The notes below the pieces were generated by a model, which had not been told where the DNA came from, ran no database searches, and worked only from the letters and a program-made list of their open reading frames with translations. 64,000 nucleotides of DNA from Myxococcales bacterium (lineage in GTDB: Bacteria; Myxococcota_A; Polyangia; Polyangiales; DASUME01): positions 2,624,001-2,688,000 of the forward strand of contig JASGJH010000001.1 of assembly GCA_047601445.1 (NCBI GenBank). Reading direction: 5' to 3'. This document shows, in pieces, positions 56,665 through 64,000 of the stretch. Position 1 is the stretch's first letter, and every line of letters starts with the position of its first letter. The position numbers and the translations under genes are program-made.

Positions 56665-57978
56665 ATGCCGGCCGAACTACGCGTGGGTTTGTTGGGTTGT
56701 GGAGTTGTTGGACAGGGCGTGCTGCGCCTGGTCGACGAAAGTGCGAAGGCCATCGAAGCCCGTCTGGGCCGTCCGGTGAAGGTGCAGCGGGTCTACCTAC
56801 GCGACGAGAGCAAGGCGCGGAGCGCGGTGCCGAAAGAGCTGCTCACCAGCGACCCCGCCCAGGTCTGTGCGGGCGAAGACATCGACGTCGTGGTCGAGCT
56901 GATGGGCGGCGTCGACACCGCGGGCAAATTGGTCGAGGCTGCGTTGCGCGCCAAGAAGCCCGTGGTCACCGCCAACAAGGCGCTGCTGGCCGAGAAGGCC
57001 CACGACTTGATGGCCCTGGCTGAGGCCAACCGGGTCGACCTTTACTTCGAGGCTGCCGTGGGCGGCGGCATCCCTGTCATCCGCACGCTGCGTGAGTCCC
57101 TGGCCTCGGATCGCGTGCTCGCCATCCGCGCCATCTTGAACGGCACCAGCAACTACATCCTTTCCCAAATGCAGCACCGCGGGATCGGCTTCGCCGAGGC
57201 CCTGAAGGGCGCCCAGGCTGCCGGATACGCCGAGGCCGATCCCACCCTGGACGTCGGCGGCGGCGACGCGGCGCACAAGCTCTCGATCCTCACCACCCTG
57301 GCGTTCGGCGTGCGCGTGCGTACCAAGGACATCACCACCGAAGGCATCACGGACGTCGACGCCATCGACATCCACTTCGCGAAGCGCTTTGGCTACGTGT
57401 TCAAGCCCCTCTCGATCGCGGAAGCCGCCAGCGATGGCAGCCTGGTGTTGCGCGTGCACCCCGCGCTCGTGCCCGAGAGCAGCATGATGGCCCACGTGAC
57501 CAACGCGCTGAACACGGTGCAGATCACCTCGGCCGCCCTGGGCGCCTGCATGCTCACGGGTGCCGGCGCGGGCGCGGGCCCCACCGCGGTCAGCGTCGTC
57601 AGCGACGTGGTCGACGTGGGCCGCAACATTCACTCGGACGCCGCCGGACGCGTGCCTCACCGGGCCTTCCGCGAGGAAGTGCTGAAGGACGCGCGCCTGC
57701 GGGACATCGGCGAGCGCGTGGGCGAGTACTACATGCGCTTCACGGTGAGCGACCGCCCGGGCGTGCTCGCGGAAATCGCTGGCATCCTCGGCCAGCACAG
57801 CGTGTCCATCGCGCACCTCGTCCAGGACGCACCGGACGAGCAGGTCGAGGCCAGCGTGGAGGTGGTGCTCTTGACCCACGCAGCGCGCGAAGGTTCGGTG
57901 CAGGGAGCCCTCGCCAAGATCAACCAGCTCCCCCACTTGCGCGCCCCGGCCCGCCGCTTCCGCATCGAAGAGATCTGA
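56665..57978 (+). CDS. hom: Homoserine dehydrogenase with C-terminal ACT domain
   Basis: GLLGCGVVG, VVTANK, EAAVGGGIP, NGTSNYIL, GYAEADPT.DV.G.DAAHK and DRPGVLA. Confidence 0.96.
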   Translation: MPAELRVGLLGCGVVGQGVLRLVDESAKAIEARLGRPVKVQRVYLRDESKARSAVPKELLTSDPAQVCAGEDIDVVVELMGGVDTAGKLVEAALRAKKPVVTANKALLAEKAHDLMALAEANRVDLYFEAAVGGGIPVIRTLRESLASDRVLAIRAILNGTSNYILSQMQHRGIGFAEALKGAQAAGYAEADPTLDVGGGDAAHKLSILTTLAFGVRVRTKDITTEGITDVDAIDIHFAKRFGYVFKPLSIAEAASDGSLVLRVHPALVPESSMMAHVTNALNTVQITSAALGACMLTGAGAGAGPTAVSVVSDVVDVGRNIHSDAAGRVPHRAFREEVLKDARLRDIGERVGEYYMRFTVSDRPGVLAEIAGILGQHSVSIAHLVQDAPDEQVEASVEVVLLTHAAREGSVQGALAKINQLPHLRAPARRFRIEEI

Positions 57979-58421
57979 TGGCGGCGCGCGAAGGCACAGG
58001 ACTGAAGGAACTCGTCGCCCTGCTCGGTGACGGCGCGGAGTTCTCGGGCAAGCTGCTGTTCGAAGGACGCGTGCGCATCGACGGCAAGTTCACGGGCGAA
58101 ATCGCCAGCGACGACGTGTTGATCGTGGGCAGCCAGGCCGAGGTGGAGGCCAAGATCGACGTGGGCTCCCTGATCGTGTTGGGAGGCACCGTGCGCGGCG
58201 AGATCCGAGCCGCCAAGTCGGTGGAGCTCCATGCGCCGGCCAAGGTGTATGGAAACATCACAACTCCCCAGCTGATGATCGACCGCGGGGTCCACTTCGA
58301 GGGGCAGAGCCGGATTCCGTCCGTTACCCCACGTTTGCCTGAGCCGGTTCAGGGTGCCGAGACGCCGAAAGGTGACGCAGGCGAGCCTGCACCCACTGAG
58401 ACGGGCCAATCCAAGGAATAA
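57978..58421 (+). CDS. Bactofilin (polymer-forming cytoskeletal protein)
   Basis: EFSGKL.FEG.VRIDG.FTGEI, G.VRGEI, V.GNI and L.IDRG..FEG beta-helix repeats. Confidence 0.9.
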   Translation: MAAREGTGLKELVALLGDGAEFSGKLLFEGRVRIDGKFTGEIASDDVLIVGSQAEVEAKIDVGSLIVLGGTVRGEIRAAKSVELHAPAKVYGNITTPQLMIDRGVHFEGQSRIPSVTPRLPEPVQGAETPKGDAGEPAPTETGQSKE

Positions 58422-58547
58422 CTAGGCCTGCGAGGAAGGTGGATCCTGTAGTACAAGGGCTCCGCAACTTTGCTCGTGCGCGAGCCCGCGTCAGTGGACA
58501 GGCTGAATGGCCAACCAGCCAGCCCGTCGACAGGACAGGAGATCAGA

Positions 58548-59195
58548 ATGAAGCGCCAGGCCACCATCGCTGTACTGGGTACCCTGCTTGGGATCACCAT
58601 CTCGAGCTCGGTCGTCCGCGCCGAGGACGCGAGCGCCCGGGGTACCGATCAGGCTGCCATGCTGAGCGGCCAAGTGGATTTGGCCAACGTGCCTGCCCAG
58701 GACGGGGGCATCGAATGGGGCCGCGCCGAGGGCATCCTGGCGGCGCGCACCGACGACGTGATGGCGATCCTCCACGACTACTCCCGCTACGCCGGCCTCT
58801 TCCCCTACTTCGAGAAGTCCAAGGTCCTCTCGCAGCGCGGCTCTGACGCCATCGTGTACTTGGAGGCCAAGATCCTCCACGGCGCGACCACCCTGTGGGG
58901 GCAGATGAAGATCAGCTCCAAGCAGGCCGACTCCGACCGGCAGGTGGTCGAGGCCAAGCTCATGAAGGGCAAGGGCAACATGTCCCAGTTCTTGGCTCGC
59001 TGGGAGGTCACGCCGACGCACGGGGGAACCCACTCCCGCGTGGTCTTCCAACTGCTCGTCGATCCGGACCTACCCGTCCCCAACATGGCCATCAGCCGCG
59101 AGATGAAGAACGGCGCCGGCCAGGCCTTCCGTGCCCTGCGCCGCCGGGTCACCGAGCGAGCTTCCATCGTCTCGCGCCCGAGCAGCACGCTCTAG
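58548..59195 (+). CDS. Secreted SRPBCC/START-like (polyketide cyclase/dehydrase) protein
   Basis: Signal peptide (VRA-ED), V.AILHDYSRY..LFP and KGNMSQFLARWEV. Confidence 0.7.
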   Translation: MKRQATIAVLGTLLGITISSSVVRAEDASARGTDQAAMLSGQVDLANVPAQDGGIEWGRAEGILAARTDDVMAILHDYSRYAGLFPYFEKSKVLSQRGSDAIVYLEAKILHGATTLWGQMKISSKQADSDRQVVEAKLMKGKGNMSQFLARWEVTPTHGGTHSRVVFQLLVDPDLPVPNMAISREMKNGAGQAFRALRRRVTERASIVSRPSSTL

Positions 59196-59371
59196 CCCAA
59201 AGCCGAAACGAATCGTCTCGAGGGGGCCCCACGCGGGCCCTTCGGCGTTTCTGGAGAGCGGTTGTGCCGTGATCTGCGCCCCGGCTCGGGAACGCTGAAC
59301 GAGATCTTTTGAGCGCGGAAAAACCCTCAAAAATCCGGGGCGATGCGCACGCACACTAGGCGCTCCCAAGC

Positions 59372-59400
59372 TTGACTCTCAAAAACACCGCTGCTAGATA
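59372..59400 (+). promoter_or_regulatory. Candidate housekeeping promoter of the atp operon
   Basis: TTGACT-17 bp-TAGATA, with TG in the extended -10 position. Confidence 0.45.
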
Positions 59401-59589
59401 CGCGCCGCCTCTGGCCGGGGTTTCCCGCGCCGGGCGGTTCCTCCGCGCCTGTTAGGGCGATTCGTGTGTCGTGGCGCCTTAGGGCAGGAAAATGCTCGGC
59501 CTCACGCGCGATGACCCGCCGGTTCGGCCCGCCGCTCAACTCAGACGCGCACCTGCGCGCGCTGGTTCCGAGGCCTAGCGAGGGAGTCG

Positions 59590-60067
59590 ATGCAGCTTTC
59601 CGCACTCTTGGCCGCCCTGCTCTCAGGGGGCTCCATCATTGACCTGGACGGGACGTTGTTCGTCCAGGCCGCGATGTTCTTCATCGCGTTTGGTGTGCTG
59701 TATGCACTCGTGTTCAAGCCCATGGTCGCCATGCTCGAGGCCCGCGAGGAAGCCATCGACGGTGCCAAGGATCAGGCCAAGCGCCTCGACGTGGAAGTGA
59801 AGGAGAAGCAAGCCTCCTTCGAAGCCGAGCTCCGCAAGGTGCGCAGCGCTTCCAACGAAGAGCGCGACCGTCTGCGCGGCGAGGGACAGGAAATCGAGGC
59901 CAAGCTGCTCGAGCGCGTGCGCGCCGAGACCCAGTCGATGGTCACGGAAGCCAAGTCCCGCCTGGAATCGGAAGCAGCGCTCGCGCGCCAGGAGCTCCAC
60001 GGCCAGCGGCCGCAGCTCGCGCGTGGAGATCGCCAGCAAGCTACTCGGACGAGAGGTGCAGGGATGA
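59590..60067 (+). CDS. atpF2: ATP synthase F0 subunit b' (1-nt insertion near 60025)
   Basis: IDLDGTLFVQ..F....L..LVFKP....LEARE. Removing one G restores LAREIASKLLGREVQG* with ATGA overlap to atpF. Confidence 0.85.
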
Positions 60068-60711
60068 AGCGGACCCTCCAGAAGTTTGCCGCCATCGCCA
60101 TGACGCTGGCCGTGCCCGCGTTGGCGTTCGCCAACGAAGAGGCCCACGGGGCTCACGGTGGCGAACACGGCCACGGCGACTGGGACCAGACGGCGATCAT
60201 CGCGTCGATCGTCAACTTCGTCGTGCTGATGCTGCTGCTGTCGCACTTGTTCAAGGACAAGATGCGGTCGTACCTCAAGGAGCGTAAGGCCGAGGTGGAG
60301 CGCGAGCTCAACGAGGCGGCGCGCCTGAAGGCCGAGGCCGAGGCCAAGCACAAGGAGTACTCGGACCGCCTGGCCCAGCTCGACAAGGAGCTGGCTCAGA
60401 TCAAGACGGACATGATCGCGGCCGGTACCAAGGAACGCGACCGCATCGTGGCCGAGGCCGAGCACAAGGCCGCGCGCATGCGCCGCGAGGCCGAGTTCAT
60501 GGTGGAGCAGCAGGCCAAGCAGCTGCGCACCGACATCGCCCGTGAAGCCGCCGACGCCGCCATCGCGGCCGCCGAGCAGCTCCTCGCCAAGGCCACCACC
60601 AGCTTCGACCAGCAGCGGCTGGCCCAGGAGTACCTGGCGTCGCTGCAGTCGGCTCACGGCGTGAAGGCCAGCATGATTCCCCCCAGCACCCAGTCGGAGT
60701 CCCGCGTATGA
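60064..60711 (+). CDS. atpF: ATP synthase F0 subunit b
   Basis: IVNFVVL TM followed by a long coiled coil. Position in the operon. Confidence 0.88.
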   Translation: MKRTLQKFAAIAMTLAVPALAFANEEAHGAHGGEHGHGDWDQTAIIASIVNFVVLMLLLSHLFKDKMRSYLKERKAEVERELNEAARLKAEAEAKHKEYSDRLAQLDKELAQIKTDMIAAGTKERDRIVAEAEHKAARMRREAEFMVEQQAKQLRTDIAREAADAAIAAAEQLLAKATTSFDQQRLAQEYLASLQSAHGVKASMIPPSTQSESRV

Positions 60712-61250
60712 GCGTCGGTGCACTAGCGAAGCGCTACGCGCGCGCCATCCTCGAGCTCGCCACCGAGCAGCACCAGGTCGACAAGGTCCGCACGGACCTC
60801 TCCGACTTCGCCGCCATGTGGGCCAACAGCCCGGAGCTGCGCGAGCTGTTCTCGAACCCCAAGTTCGGCGCCGACGCCCGCAAGGCCGCCCTCAGCGACC
60901 TCACGGCCCGCGCAGCCATTTCCCCGCTGGCGAAGAACAGCATCCTCTACCTGGCCGACAAGGGTCGTCTGCACGCCCTGGCCGACATCGTGCGGTCCTA
61001 TACGGACCTCGCCGAGAAGCAGGCCGGCGCCGTGCGCGCCACGGTGACCAGCGCCGCCCCCCTGACCGAGGCCTATTACGCCCAGCTCCAGCGCACGCTC
61101 GAGCAGGCCACCGGCAAGAAGGTCTCCATCGAGCGCAAGACCGACGCCAGCCTGATCGCGGGTGTGGTCACGCGCGTGGGTGACCAGATCTTCGACGGCA
61201 GCATCCGCGCTCGCCTCGCGGACCTGAAGGAAACGCTCAAGAGCGCCTGA
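60708..61250 (+). CDS. atpH: ATP synthase F1 subunit delta
   Basis: AKRYARAILE and D.SLIAGVV.RVGDQIFDGS. Confidence 0.95.
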   Translation: MSVGALAKRYARAILELATEQHQVDKVRTDLSDFAAMWANSPELRELFSNPKFGADARKAALSDLTARAAISPLAKNSILYLADKGRLHALADIVRSYTDLAEKQAGAVRATVTSAAPLTEAYYAQLQRTLEQATGKKVSIERKTDASLIAGVVTRVGDQIFDGSIRARLADLKETLKSA

Positions 61251-61331
61251 GCGCGCTTCGTCTCTGTCACGAACAACGGATTTTTTGGTTTTCGACTCTC
61301 GTGAGTCTTGGCCCAGATTGAGGTAGCCCCG

Positions 61332-62981
<1,650 letters not shown>

Positions 62982-63001
62982 GGCCCTAAGGAACCACCAC
63001 C

Positions 63002-63874
63002 ATGGCCGGCCTAAAAGCCATCAAGCGACGCATCACCAGCGTCAAGAACACGCGCAAGATCACGCGCGCCATGAAAATGGTGGCCGCGGCTCGCCTGCGT
63101 AAGGCTCAGCAGCGCATCACGGACCTGCGTCCCTACGCGCTGAAGACCACGGAGCTGCTCACCTCGGTGGCGGCCCGGATCGACCCGAACGACGAAAAAG
63201 CCCCCGCTCTCCTGCGTCGCCGCGAGGAGAAGCGTGTGCTCTTGGTGGTGCTCACCAGCGACCGCGGTCTCGCGGGCGCGTTCAACGCGAGCATCAACAA
63301 GGCGGCCTACCGGCTCTGGAAGGAGCTCGAGGGTCAGGGCAAGAAGGTCTCCTTCGCCATCGTCGGCAAGAAGGGTGGCGAGTACTTCAAGCGTCGCGAC
63401 GCGAACATCGAGAAGACCTTCAAGGGCATCTTCGAGAACCTCACCAGCGCCAACGCGGGCGAAGTGGGCCGCTACATCGTGGATCGCTACTTGTCCGAGG
63501 ACCTGGACGCCGCGTACATCATCTACAACCAGTTCAAGAGCGCGATCAGCCAGATCATCACGGTCGACCAGGTGTTGCCCGTGAAGATCCCCGAGAGCGC
63601 CAAGGCTGGCGGCACCGAGTACATCTACGAGCCCGACCAGGCTGCATTGCTCGACCGACTGCTCCCCATGTACATGGAGATCTCGTCGTTCCGCGCGTTG
63701 CTCGAGTCGGTGGCTTCGGAGCACGGCGCCCGCATGACCGCGATGGACAACGCCACGCGCAACGCCTCCGACATGATCGGTGCGCTGACGCTGCAGTACA
63801 ACCGCGCGCGCCAGGCTTCCATCACCAAGGAGCTGATGGAGATCATCGGCGGCGCCGAAGCACTCAAGGGCTGA
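63002..63874 (+). CDS. atpG: ATP synthase F1 subunit gamma
   Basis: KITRAMKMVAA, SDRGL and ASEHGARMTAMDNAT.NA...YNRARQA.IT.EL.EI. Confidence 0.98.
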   Translation: MAGLKAIKRRITSVKNTRKITRAMKMVAAARLRKAQQRITDLRPYALKTTELLTSVAARIDPNDEKAPALLRRREEKRVLLVVLTSDRGLAGAFNASINKAAYRLWKELEGQGKKVSFAIVGKKGGEYFKRRDANIEKTFKGIFENLTSANAGEVGRYIVDRYLSEDLDAAYIIYNQFKSAISQIITVDQVLPVKIPESAKAGGTEYIYEPDQAALLDRLLPMYMEISSFRALLESVASEHGARMTAMDNATRNASDMIGALTLQYNRARQASITKELMEIIGGAEALKG

Positions 63875-63951
63875 GGGCGCGACGAGCGCCCCACCCGTCC
63901 CCTCAACAAGATTTTCCCTGCGACACAACAGGCATCAGAAGGACTTCCGCC

Positions 63952-64000
63952 ATGGCAGAGCTAGTTAGTGGATCCATCACCCAGGTCATCGGCCCCGTCG
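63952..64000 (+). CDS. atpD: ATP synthase F1 subunit beta (5' fragment)
   Basis: MAELVSGSITQVIGPV immediately after atpG. Confidence 0.85.
   Translation, partial: MAELVSGSITQVIGPV

Noticed and set aside
59590..60711. 373-aa single ORF as a novel fused stator subunit
   Set aside because: Better explained by a 1-nt insertion, since the canonical b' C-terminus and ATGA overlap are present in the shifted frame.

Overview
High-GC chromosomal core-genome segment, most likely from a myxobacterium (Myxococcota, probably Polyangia-like). This is inferred from the FHA-sigma54 activator, DUF4388 and MshEN-like proteins, eukaryote-like kinase, bactofilin and split atp operon. About 52 CDSs are present, including housekeeping genes (serB, minCDE, lolA, secA, fur, uup, fabD, relA/spoT, ligA, rsmE, prmA, hom, atpF'FHAG and the start of atpD), lipid/envelope genes and signalling proteins. 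I found no rRNA, tRNA, CRISPR, transposase or prophage. The best unannotated signal is a candidate sigma54-dependent small RNA (~22396-22532, minus strand), with a near-consensus -24/-12 promoter, a CU-rich anti-Shine-Dalgarno-like tract and an intrinsic terminator. Other notable items are a membrane-bound pseudo-ATPase enhancer-binding protein, a structured relA leader that pairs over the start codon, widespread leaderless-type promoters, a twin TetR operator and a proteobacterial-type MinCDE locus. Single-base insertions in secA and atpF' look like assembly errors. All product calls come from motif recognition by eye, and no database searches were run.
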